A stretch of 51,150 nucleotides of DNA from Candidatus Nomurabacteria bacterium (GCA_029288805.1 JARIGO010000001.1:1-51150); one strand, 5' to 3'; shown: positions 1 through 8,562, counted from the stretch's first letter. A program made the numbers and translations. Notes: generated by a model not told the origin, from the sequence alone.

Positions 1-521
<521 letters not shown>

Positions 522-709
522 AAATTGAGATGATGTCTTTACTTCGGTAAAGAATTTGAAACGGTTGATTATGCTTGAGCAATCAAACATACGGTTTTGG
601 TATATGACTTAATATATACTCCTTGTACCAAGGTTATGGTACGAAAATCCATTAGTATGATTCTATAGAGCATATTAATGGTAGACTGAGACAATAGAAA
701 GATGATTTT

Positions 710-1162
710 ATGTCCAAAAGCATTCGCTATACAATTTTTATACTAATCATAGTAATAGGAGCAAGCCTTGGTGGTTTGCTCCTTTTACATTTTAAGCAGC
801 ACGCCGTCGGCGTGCTGCGTTCAGACTCCCTGTCTATTCCGGTAACCATTGCCAGCACTGATGCTACTCGACAGCAGGGTCTTTCAGATACAACGTCATT
901 ACCCAAGGACAACGGTATGCTGTTTGTCTTTCAAAATCCAGGTATATACGGTTTTTGGATGAAAGATATGAATTACGCACTTGATTTCATATGGCTGAAT
1001 GCAAAGATGCAGATCGTAACCATTACTCCTAACGTTGCTGCCTCAACGTATCCTCAAGTCTTCTATCCTTCACAGCCCGTGCAGTACGTAGTGGAAGTAA
1101 ACGCTGGTTTTTCCACAGCTCACAACCTTACAGTGGGCCAAACGTTCACACTTTCGCATTAA
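710..1162 (+). CDS. DUF192 family protein with N-terminal membrane anchor
   Basis: Motifs R..GL, GMLFVF, FWMKDMNYALDFIW, YVVEVNAG are typical of DUF192. Confidence 0.88.
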   Translation: MSKSIRYTIFILIIVIGASLGGLLLLHFKQHAVGVLRSDSLSIPVTIASTDATRQQGLSDTTSLPKDNGMLFVFQNPGIYGFWMKDMNYALDFIWLNAKMQIVTITPNVAASTYPQVFYPSQPVQYVVEVNAGFSTAHNLTVGQTFTLSH

Positions 1163-1328
1163 TTATTTTTAAGATTTTTTGCGGTTGTACAGGTCGTCAT
1201 GCTCAGAGACTTTCATTAAAGGCTCTATCAAAATTTTTCTTTACAATACATTTTTTTTATTTTGTTACCATTGAAAATGCTTGCCAACAATATGATGCAC
1301 CCCGACTTTTTTGTATACTAAGTGCATT

Positions 1329-2600
1329 ATGGCAGTAACCCTCATCAGAAAACGAGACGAATCAGTTGCTGATTTTGATCGTTCACGTATCGAAAACGCT
1401 GTTGCGAAGGCATATGCGGCTGAAGGTACGCCTATTGATGAGATTTCTCTATCTATACTGGGTGACCGTGTCATGGTGATACTGGAACACACCTACGACG
1501 AGAAAAACATTCCTACAGTTGAAAACATTCAGGACGTTGTTGAACGTGAGATTGCCCGCAAAGGGGACTTTGAAGTGGCAAGAGCATACATTCTGTATCG
1601 TGAAGAGCGAAACAAGGACCGTAAGCGAGACGTTTTCAAGAAAAGACTGTCTTTGAAGCCCTACGAATACCCGGAGCTCTATGAATATGTCAGTGCCATC
1701 CGCCATTCATACTGGATCCATACCGAGTTTAACTTTGTTGGCGATGTCCAGGACTTCAAGGTTAATGTTGATGAGAAAGAGCGCAATGTCATCCAAAACA
1801 CCATGCTTGCTATCGCGCAGATAGAGGTAGCAGTCAAGACATTTTGGGGAGACATTTATAAGAAAATGCCCAAACCGGAGGTTGGTGCAGTCGGCGCTAC
1901 GTTTGCTGAAAGTGAAGTGCGACACACTGACGCATATGCTCACTTGCTCGAAATACTGGGGCTCAATGATGCCTTCAATAAAATAGACGAGATACCTGCT
2001 CTTATAAAGCGAGTGCACTATTTAGAACGAGCCTTATCCAATGCCAAAAGTGAGGATAACCGAGACTATAGCCAATCCATTCTCTTGTTCTCATTGTTTA
2101 CCGAGCACGTGTCACTCTTCTCACAGTTCCTGATAATGATGTCGTTTAACAAGCACAAGAACTTGTTCAAGGGCATATCAAATGCAGTCGAGGCAACTTC
2201 AAAGGAGGAACAGATACACGGCTTGTTTGGAATCGATATCATAAAGATAGTTAAGGAAGAGCATCCAGACTGGTTTGACGAAGAGTTCGAGGAACAAGTC
2301 ATCAAGATGTGTGAGGAAGCCTTCGAGTCAGAACAACAGGTAGTAGAATGGATATTTGAAAAAGGGGAAATCGAATTCATATCCAAAGCCGCTGTCATAG
2401 AGTTCATCAAGCAACGATTCAATAACTCACTGCACAGTATCGGTATCAAGAAAATCTTCACTACCGATGAGCAGCTTCTCAAAGAGTCAGATTGGTTTTA
2501 TGACGAAGTTATTGCCACAAAACACGGAGACTTCTTCAACAAAAAGTCGATTAACTACAACAAAAAGAACAAGAGCATTACGAGCGATGACCTCTTTTAA
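1329..2600 (+). CDS. nrdB: Ribonucleotide reductase beta subunit with N-terminal ATP-cone (class Id/NrdBi-like)
   Basis: N-terminus IRKRDESVADFDRSRIENAV...TVENIQDVVE...ARAYILYR is an ATP-cone. Ferritin-like ligands IAQIEVAVKTFW, EVRHTDAY, EHVSLFSQF, EEQIHG. Start moved from 1311 to ATG 1329 because TATACT lies at 1314-1319. Confidence 0.95.
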   Translation: MAVTLIRKRDESVADFDRSRIENAVAKAYAAEGTPIDEISLSILGDRVMVILEHTYDEKNIPTVENIQDVVEREIARKGDFEVARAYILYREERNKDRKRDVFKKRLSLKPYEYPELYEYVSAIRHSYWIHTEFNFVGDVQDFKVNVDEKERNVIQNTMLAIAQIEVAVKTFWGDIYKKMPKPEVGAVGATFAESEVRHTDAYAHLLEILGLNDAFNKIDEIPALIKRVHYLERALSNAKSEDNRDYSQSILLFSLFTEHVSLFSQFLIMMSFNKHKNLFKGISNAVEATSKEEQIHGLFGIDIIKIVKEEHPDWFDEEFEEQVIKMCEEAFESEQQVVEWIFEKGEIEFISKAAVIEFIKQRFNNSLHSIGIKKIFTTDEQLLKESDWFYDEVIATKHGDFFNKKSINYNKKNKSITSDDLF

Positions 2601-2622
2601 TAAAGAATTAAATTAAGAACAT

Positions 2623-4347
2623 ATGTATTGGTTAAATGAAACAAGTAGAAAATTTTTAGCAAAAGGCTACCTCGTGGGAGACATGACTGCCGAAGAACGC
2701 ATCCGTGAGATTGCGGAAATTGCAGAGCGTCATCTTAACAAGCCTGGCTTTGCTGACAAGTTCTACGATTATATGTCTCGTGGCTTTTATTCTCTTGCGT
2801 CTCCTGTATGGTCAAACTACGGTATGGAACGAGGTCTTCCAATCAGTTGTTTTGGTAGTTATGTTGCCGATGATATGTCTCGCATTCTCTACACCCATGC
2901 TGAGGTTGGCATGATGACCAAGTATGGTGGTGGGACATCAGCGTTCTTTGGGGGCTTGCGTCCTCGCGGTTCCATCATTAAAGATAATGGCCATTCTTCA
3001 GGTGCTGTGCACTTCATGGAACTCTTTGACAATCTTATTAACATCGTTAGTCAGGGTTCAGTGCGTCGTGGTCACGTTGCGCCGTATCTGCCGCTTGAAC
3101 ATGGTGATATTGAAGAATTTTTAAATATTGGTAAGGAAGGTCACCCAATTCAGGAGTCTACCTACGCTGTTACTGTAGGTGACAAATGGCTTAAGGAAAT
3201 GGTTGATGGAGACCAGGACAAGCGTCGCATCTGGGCAAAGGTTATTCAACGCCGAACAGAAATCGGATACCCGTACATTCTTTTTAGTGATACCGTGAAC
3301 AACAATACTGTTGACGTATACAAGGACAAAGGCATGAGAATTAATAACAGTAATCTCTGTTCTGAGATCTGTCTTCCTAACGGCGATGATATTTCATTCG
3401 TATGCTGTCTTTCTTCAATCAATCTCCGTCACTACCATGAATGGAAGGATACTGATGCAGTTGAAACACTTGCTATGTTCCTCGATACCGTTATTACCGA
3501 TTTCGTAAATCGTCTAGAAAGTTTCCGTGATAGCGCCGATGAACAGAAGCGTTCAGCATTCTACTTCATGCAGCGTGCACATAAATTTGCAAAAGAGCAC
3601 CGCGCCCTCGGGCTTGGTGTACTTGGATGGCATACATTCCTCCAGGAAAGTAACATTGCATTCGATAGTGCTGAAGCTGCAGTTTTGAATGAGGAAATAT
3701 TCTCATTGATCAAAGATCGTGCGTACAAGGCATCTGAAGACATGGCCAAGGAATATGGTGAACCAGAAGTATTGAAAGGTTATGGTCGCCGAAATACTAC
3801 CTTGCTTGCTGTTGCTCCTACAACATCATCTGCATTCATCTTGGGACAGGTATCTCAAAGTATTGAACCATTGATGTCTAACGCATTCGTTAAGGACGTG
3901 GACAAGATGAAGGTTACTATCAAGAATCCAACGCTCGAAGCCTTACTTGAAGAAAAGGGCATGAATACTACAGACACCTGGAACAGTATTCGTGACAATG
4001 ACGGCTCAGTGCAGCACCTTGATGGATTGACCGCTCATGAAAAGAGCGTATTCCGTACCTTTAGTGAAATTGACCAGAAGGCTATCATCGAACAGGCGGC
4101 AACACGTCAGAAGTACATTGACCAGGCACAGTCACTCAACATCATGATTGACCCAACAATGCCGGTAAAGGAATTGAATGCACTCTACCTTTACGCATGG
4201 GAGAAGGGAATCAAGACACTCTACTACCAGCACAGTATGAACGCCGCACAGCAATTCGGCCGAAAGAAGATGCAGGAGATAGAAACAAAGAAACCTAAGG
4301 TAGTCATTGTTGCACAAGAGACAGAATGTCTAACCTGTGAAGCATAA
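2623..4347 (+). CDS. nrdA: Ribonucleotide reductase alpha subunit, short form without ATP-cone
   Basis: GLPISCF, NSNLCSEI (catalytic N-x-C-x-E), LLAVAPTTSS, KTLYY, and C-terminal CLTC redox pair. Confidence 0.96.
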   Translation: MYWLNETSRKFLAKGYLVGDMTAEERIREIAEIAERHLNKPGFADKFYDYMSRGFYSLASPVWSNYGMERGLPISCFGSYVADDMSRILYTHAEVGMMTKYGGGTSAFFGGLRPRGSIIKDNGHSSGAVHFMELFDNLINIVSQGSVRRGHVAPYLPLEHGDIEEFLNIGKEGHPIQESTYAVTVGDKWLKEMVDGDQDKRRIWAKVIQRRTEIGYPYILFSDTVNNNTVDVYKDKGMRINNSNLCSEICLPNGDDISFVCCLSSINLRHYHEWKDTDAVETLAMFLDTVITDFVNRLESFRDSADEQKRSAFYFMQRAHKFAKEHRALGLGVLGWHTFLQESNIAFDSAEAAVLNEEIFSLIKDRAYKASEDMAKEYGEPEVLKGYGRRNTTLLAVAPTTSSAFILGQVSQSIEPLMSNAFVKDVDKMKVTIKNPTLEALLEEKGMNTTDTWNSIRDNDGSVQHLDGLTAHEKSVFRTFSEIDQKAIIEQAATRQKYIDQAQSLNIMIDPTMPVKELNALYLYAWEKGIKTLYYQHSMNAAQQFGRKKMQEIETKKPKVVIVAQETECLTCEA

Positions 4348-4356
4348 ATAGAAAAA

Positions 4357-4384
4357 GAAAAAACACCTTTACAGGTGTTTTTTC
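4357..4384. terminator. Bidirectional intrinsic terminator (nrdA / rnpB)
   Basis: GAAAAAACACCT-TTAC-AGGTGTTTTTTC, a perfect 12-bp stem between convergent genes. Confidence 0.85.
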
Positions 4385-4389
4385 ATTAT

Positions 4390-4658
4390 GTTGTACTCGT
4401 AAGCCGAATTCTGTTTTAGTGATCATTTATCTGTGATGCTTGTTACCAAGCACCTATAGCAGCACTTCCTTCGATTGCTCTCGGGACACGGCCTTGCACA
4501 CGGATAGACATTTAGCCGTTTCACTCCCACTAAAGGGATTCGTCACTGTTCGCAGTCCTATGCTTGCGCACGATGGGCATTACCCACTATCTTTTCGCTT
4601 TTTAACGAAGTGTGTTCGGACTTTCCTCTGCATGAATGCAGCGATCATTCGGTACAAC
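4390..4658 (-). ncRNA. rnpB: RNase P RNA, compact (about 269 nt)
   Basis: Minus strand reads GAGGAAAGUCCGAAC near the 5' end and AAAACAGAAUUCGGCUUAC near the 3' end. P1 is GUUGUAC/GUACAAC, P3 is CUGC/GCAG, and the P18-like hairpin is GGUGCUUG-GUAA-CAAGCAUC. Promoter TTGTGC (4687-4692)...TATACT (4665-4670). Confidence 0.93.
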
Positions 4659-4701
4659 AAGGCTAGTATACGGATATTATGAGATAGCACAAGCTTAATT
4701 A

Positions 4702-4891
4702 ATGGCAAATGCATGAAATATTTTGCTGCGGGTTTTCGCTGCGTGGAATAGCTGCAGCTGTTAATGTCCTTACTAAAATATTTCATGCATTTGCCATGCA
4801 AGCTACAAAATAAATAATTTGTCGAGGACCAAAATTGCTGTGCTTATTCAATGCAACGAAAACCCGCAGACATATTATTTATTTTTGTAGC
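4702..4891. repeat. Two inverted copies of a ~95-nt stem-loop module with conserved loop and diverged stems
   Basis: Copy X: perfect 23-bp stem 4702-4724/4775-4797. Copy Y: ~22-bp stem 4802-4823/4869-4891 (1 bulge, 1 mismatch). The loops are reverse-complement homologs (CTGCGGGTTTTCG 4726-4738 vs CGAAAACCCGCAG 4857-4869, with similarity continuing to GTCCT). Confidence 0.85.
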
Positions 4892-4946
4892 GATGCATCA
4901 TTAATCTTTTTTAAACGCAAACAATTTGCATTTAAAAAAAAGTGAG

Positions 4947-4955
4947 TTATCCACA
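4947..4955 (+). promoter_or_regulatory. Consensus DnaA box
   Basis: TTATCCACA, an exact match. Single copy, so function is unproven. Confidence 0.4.
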
Positions 4956-5085
4956 GTTTTTGTTACAAATTATTTGCATGCATGTGTTGCACGCGAGATA
5001 ATTAAGGTACGAGTGATGATAACGCGTTATCACAATATGTGGTCGATCATCACCGAAGATTAACAGTAAACATAACTTACATTTT

Positions 5086-5196
5086 ATGGCAGCAAAAAAG
5101 AAAGTAGCCAAGAAGAAGGTTGCAAAGAAGGTAGCTAAGAAGGCTACAAAGAAGGCAGCTCCAAAGAAAAAGGTTGCTAAAAAGAAAAAGAAATAA
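5086..5196 (+). CDS. 36-aa histone H1-like Lys/Ala-rich protein (not in ORF track)
   Basis: Translates to MAAKKKVAKKKVAKKVAKKATKKAAPKKKVAKKKKK*. Synonymous codon variation in the repeats, AU-rich upstream region, and a terminator 5224-5251 directly downstream. Confidence 0.85.
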   Translation: MAAKKKVAKKKVAKKVAKKATKKAAPKKKVAKKKKK

Positions 5197-5223
5197 TCTT
5201 TTTCTACACTCTCTTTCCACTTA

Positions 5224-5251
5224 CACAAAAGCCCCTCTCGGGGCTTTTGTG
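5224..5251 (+). terminator. Intrinsic terminator
   Basis: CACAAAAGCCCC-TCTC-GGGGCTTTTGTG. Confidence 0.85.
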
Positions 5252-5301
5252 ATTTTGGGGTGACTGGAAAAAAGGCACTAAAAATGCTATAGTACAGACC
5301 T

Positions 5302-7590
5302 ATGGCATTTTCACTACAATCATTATTTGACCGCGGACAGGTAAAAGGCTACCAGAGTAAGGCTCAAAAAATAGGCCAATTGGAGGAACGATTGACTGGT
5401 CTTACGGACGAGCAATTTCCGCTAGAAACGGAAGCGCTCAAGGCCCGATTGGCTCAAGGCGAAACCTTGAATGACATTTTGCCTGAAGCATTTGCGCTCG
5501 TTCGCGAAGCGGCAAAACGTACTATGAATAAGCGTCATTACGACGTGCAGCTTATTGGTGGTATGGTTTTGCACGAAGGTAAGATTGCAGAAATGCGTAC
5601 CGGTGAAGGTAAGACTATGGTCGCAACATTACCAGTATATTTGAACGCACTTGCTGGCCGCGGTGTACACGTTGTCACTGTTAACGACTACTTGGCACGT
5701 CGTGACGCAACATGGATGGGTCAGATTTATAATTTCCTCGGTCTTTCCGTTGGTATTATTAATGATCAAAACCAATCATTCGTATACGACCCTACGCATC
5801 AGGAGCTTGATGAGGAGCGCGATGAGGAAGGTTCATTCAAAGTTATCAAGCAGTTCCTCCGTCCTGTTACTCGCAAGGAAGCCTATCAAGCAGACATTAC
5901 ATACGGTACAAACAGTCAGTACGGTTTTGACTATCTTCGTGACAACCTCGTAAATACAAAAGAGGAAATCGTGCAGCGCGATCATTACTTTGCCGTTGTC
6001 GATGAAGTGGACTCTATTCTGATCGATGAGTCACGTACGCCATTGATCATTTCCTCTGCCATCGCAGAGTCAGAAGCGCTCTACAAGACCGTTCGCGACA
6101 TCGCCAACAAGATGGAGCCAGAAAAGGACTTTACTGTTGATGAGAAGCTTAAGGCGATCACATTGACTGATGATGGTATTACCAAGGCTGAAAAAATGCT
6201 TGGTATTGAAAACATGTATACCGAAAAGGGCATTAAGTATGCTCACTACCTTGAAACAGCGGTTCGCGCCCGAGCGCTCTTTATCAAGGATAAGGACTAT
6301 GTGGTTAAGGACGGGGAGGTAATCATTGTCGATACCTTTACTGGCCGCATGCAGCCAGGACGTCGTTGGTCAGAAGGATTGCACCAGGCTATTGAGGCAA
6401 AGGAAGGCGTGAAGGTTGAGCAGGAAACTCGTGCCGTGGCATCTATCACATACCAAAACTACTTTAAGCTGTACGAAAAGCTTTCTGGTATGACTGGTAC
6501 CGCCAAGACCAGTGAGGAAGAGTTCATGAAAGTGTATGGCTTGAGCGTAGTTACTATTCCTACTAATCGTCCCATACAGCGTATCGACCATCATGACCAG
6601 ATCTTCCAGACCGAAAACGGTAAGTTTGAAGCTATTGCTCGAAAGGTTAAGGAGCTCAATGCCACAGGTCAGCCAGTATTGATCGGTACTGTCTCTATTG
6701 AAAAGAACGAACTGTTGGCGGCCTATCTAAAACGTGCAGGTATTCCACATCAGGTATTGAATGCCAAGAATCACGAAAATGAAGGTTCCGTTATCGCTCA
6801 AGCTGGTAAAAAGGGCAATGTTGTTATTGCTACCAACTTGGCCGGTCGTGGTGTCGACATTATTTTGGGTGGTACGCCATCAACTCCAGAAGAACAGGAA
6901 GAGGTTAAGAAACTCGGTGGATTGTTTGTTATCGGTACCGAGCGTCATGAAGCGCGCCGTATTGATAATCAGCTCCGAGGTCGTAGTGGACGTCAGGGTG
7001 ACCCCGGCCAGACCCAGTTTTATGTGTCCCTCGAAGACGAACTGATGCGCGTCTTTGGTTCAGAACGCCTCAAGTCTATGATGACTCGCTTTGGCATGCC
7101 GGAAGACCAGCCTATTGTAAACGGCTTTGTTAGTAGCGCTTTGGAGTCTGCCCAGAAGAAAATTGAAGGTTTTCACTTCGATGCCCGTAAGAATACCTTG
7201 GAATACGATACTGTATTGTCATATCAGCGAACTATCATCTATGATCGCCGTCGCGCCATGGTTATGGGGGACAGAGGTCACGTTATGAGTAGTTTCTATG
7301 CCTTGGGTGATATGGAGACTCTGGAACCGATCGTAAAGGAGAAAATCGCCTTGGTAGGGGAAGATGCATTCTGGGAACAGGTTCGTCGCGTTGTTCTGTA
7401 TACCACTGATACTTTGTGGGTAGAACACATTGATACCATGGAACATATGCGTCAATCAGTTGGATTGCGTGCCTACGGCCAGCGTGAACCGCTTGTTGAA
7501 TACAAAAAAGAGTCTACTCGGCTCTTTAAGGAGATGGAACAGCGCTTGAAAGACCAAGTAATCACAATGGTTAGTGCCATTTCTAAGTAA
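5302..7590 (+). CDS. secA: Preprotein translocase ATPase SecA (C-terminally shortened)
   Basis: EMRTGEGKT Walker A, VTVNDYLARRDA, DEVDSILIDE, ATNLAGRGVDI, RRIDNQLRGRSGRQGDPG. Confidence 0.98.
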   Translation: MAFSLQSLFDRGQVKGYQSKAQKIGQLEERLTGLTDEQFPLETEALKARLAQGETLNDILPEAFALVREAAKRTMNKRHYDVQLIGGMVLHEGKIAEMRTGEGKTMVATLPVYLNALAGRGVHVVTVNDYLARRDATWMGQIYNFLGLSVGIINDQNQSFVYDPTHQELDEERDEEGSFKVIKQFLRPVTRKEAYQADITYGTNSQYGFDYLRDNLVNTKEEIVQRDHYFAVVDEVDSILIDESRTPLIISSAIAESEALYKTVRDIANKMEPEKDFTVDEKLKAITLTDDGITKAEKMLGIENMYTEKGIKYAHYLETAVRARALFIKDKDYVVKDGEVIIVDTFTGRMQPGRRWSEGLHQAIEAKEGVKVEQETRAVASITYQNYFKLYEKLSGMTGTAKTSEEEFMKVYGLSVVTIPTNRPIQRIDHHDQIFQTENGKFEAIARKVKELNATGQPVLIGTVSIEKNELLAAYLKRAGIPHQVLNAKNHENEGSVIAQAGKKGNVVIATNLAGRGVDIILGGTPSTPEEQEEVKKLGGLFVIGTERHEARRIDNQLRGRSGRQGDPGQTQFYVSLEDELMRVFGSERLKSMMTRFGMPEDQPIVNGFVSSALESAQKKIEGFHFDARKNTLEYDTVLSYQRTIIYDRRRAMVMGDRGHVMSSFYALGDMETLEPIVKEKIALVGEDAFWEQVRRVVLYTTDTLWVEHIDTMEHMRQSVGLRAYGQREPLVEYKKESTRLFKEMEQRLKDQVITMVSAISK

Positions 7591-7681
7591 AATTTCTAAA
7601 CCAAGGCTTAAGATAGGAAATATCCTTGTTTCGTAGTTATAATAAGACAATTTATTTGCCAAAACGTCAATAAATGTCCTC

Positions 7682-7712
7682 TAAAATACCCTTATTTTAT
7701 AAGGGTATTTTA
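7682..7712. terminator. Perfect inverted repeat (secA terminator or operator)
   Basis: TAAAATACCCTTAT-TTT-ATAAGGGTATTTTA, 14-bp arms. Confidence 0.6.
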
Positions 7713-7715
7713 CGT

Positions 7716-7774
7716 TTGACACATCATTTTTTCATTGTATAACCATTGACAAATATTGCTGTTTGTGATACTAT
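7716..7774 (+). promoter_or_regulatory. Tandem sigma70-type promoters
   Basis: TTGACA (7716-7721)-16 nt-TATAAC (7738-7743), and TTGACA (7746-7751)-17 nt-TGnTACTAT (7769-7774). Confidence 0.75.
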
Positions 7775-7778
7775 ATTA

Positions 7779-7890
7779 ACAAGTTCGTAACCTGTATTGG
7801 TTATGAATTTTTGTTTTGAACACCGACCCGAAAGGAAGGACTCAGGCAACGGTACTGTCATGAAGTTCCTCCGGAGCTAAACCGGAATCT
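7779..7890 (+). promoter_or_regulatory. Candidate structured 5' leader (possible cis-regulatory RNA)
   Basis: About 110-nt leader with hairpin TTCGTAACC/GGTTATGAA, a CC-GAAA-GG tetraloop, and TCCGG-AGCTAAA-CCGGA just before the ATG. Confidence 0.45.
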
Positions 7891-8505
7891 ATGAGTTCAA
7901 TAAAACATTCAATCACTCGATCATTTATCATTGTTCCGTTGATGGCTACTACATTGTCAATGAGCGCGTTTACAACCGCTGTTAATAATGCAGTAACACC
8001 AACAATATCTACCCAAGATCAAACAGTTGCGGCCCCGGCAGAACCTGCCTCGGACACAACCTTACTTCAACAAGTGGAAGGAGAGGAAGCTGCGAAAATC
8101 GATGCTTACTTTAAGCAGAATGATATGCCCCTAGCAGGGTATGGTATGGAAATGGTCACTGAAGCAGATAAATATGGCATAGACTGGCGTTTGATCCCAG
8201 CGATCGCGGTTCGCGAATCGTCTGGAGGAATCCACCAGTGTAAGTCCGTAAGCTACAGTCCGTTTGGATTTGGCTCATGTAAAATCAACTTCAAGGACTA
8301 TAACGATGCCATTGATACGCTTGCCGACAACCTCGGTGGGGTGAATCCAAACACTGCTCACGCATATCAGGGTAAGAATACTGATGGTCTATTGCATGCG
8401 TATAACACGGTTATCCCTGGATATACCAGTCAGATCCATGCAATTATGAATCGAATCGACAATATGGACGTTCAGGTCGCTACGGCACCTGCAACTACAG
8501 CCTAA
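7891..8505 (+). CDS. Secreted/anchored lysozyme-like (glucosaminidase/lytic transglycosylase-fold) protein
   Basis: Hydrophobic N-terminus. KYGIDWRLIPAIAVRESSGG with putative catalytic Glu, followed by PFGFG. Confidence 0.7.
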   Translation: MSSIKHSITRSFIIVPLMATTLSMSAFTTAVNNAVTPTISTQDQTVAAPAEPASDTTLLQQVEGEEAAKIDAYFKQNDMPLAGYGMEMVTEADKYGIDWRLIPAIAVRESSGGIHQCKSVSYSPFGFGSCKINFKDYNDAIDTLADNLGGVNPNTAHAYQGKNTDGLLHAYNTVIPGYTSQIHAIMNRIDNMDVQVATAPATTA

Positions 8506-8527
8506 TTGTCACAAGTTTATATATAAC

Positions 8528-8562
8528 CCAAAAGGCCAGTCACTACGTGACTGGCCTTTTGG
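8528..8562 (+). terminator. Intrinsic terminator
   Basis: CCAAAAGGCCAGTCAC-TAC-GTGACTGGCCTTTTGG, 16-bp perfect stem. Confidence 0.9.

Noticed and set aside
1283-1298. Possible NrdR box upstream of nrdB (and CACAATATGTGG at 5031-5042)
   Set aside because: Only partial matches, not tandem, and nrdR is not in the window.
4440-4801. ORFs 4440..4682(+) and 4580..4801(-)
   Set aside because: They overlap the RNase P RNA and the twin hairpins and have no protein-like features.
4702-4891. Twin hairpins as retron msr-msd, integron attC or CRISPR repeats
   Set aside because: No reverse transcriptase, integrase or cas gene nearby, no RYYYAAC/GTTRRRY ends, and only two inverted units rather than a spaced direct array.
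4947-5228. 93-aa minus-strand ORF (FFFFLATFFFGAAFF...)
   Set aside because: It is the antisense shadow of the plus-strand Lys/Ala-rich 36-aa gene at 5086-5196.
7810-7890. Firm call of a c-di-GMP-I or c-di-AMP riboswitch
   Set aside because: Only fragments resemble the consensus (no GCAAA, no ydaO GGGGAACC/GGGGUGAAUC). Kept as an unassigned leader.
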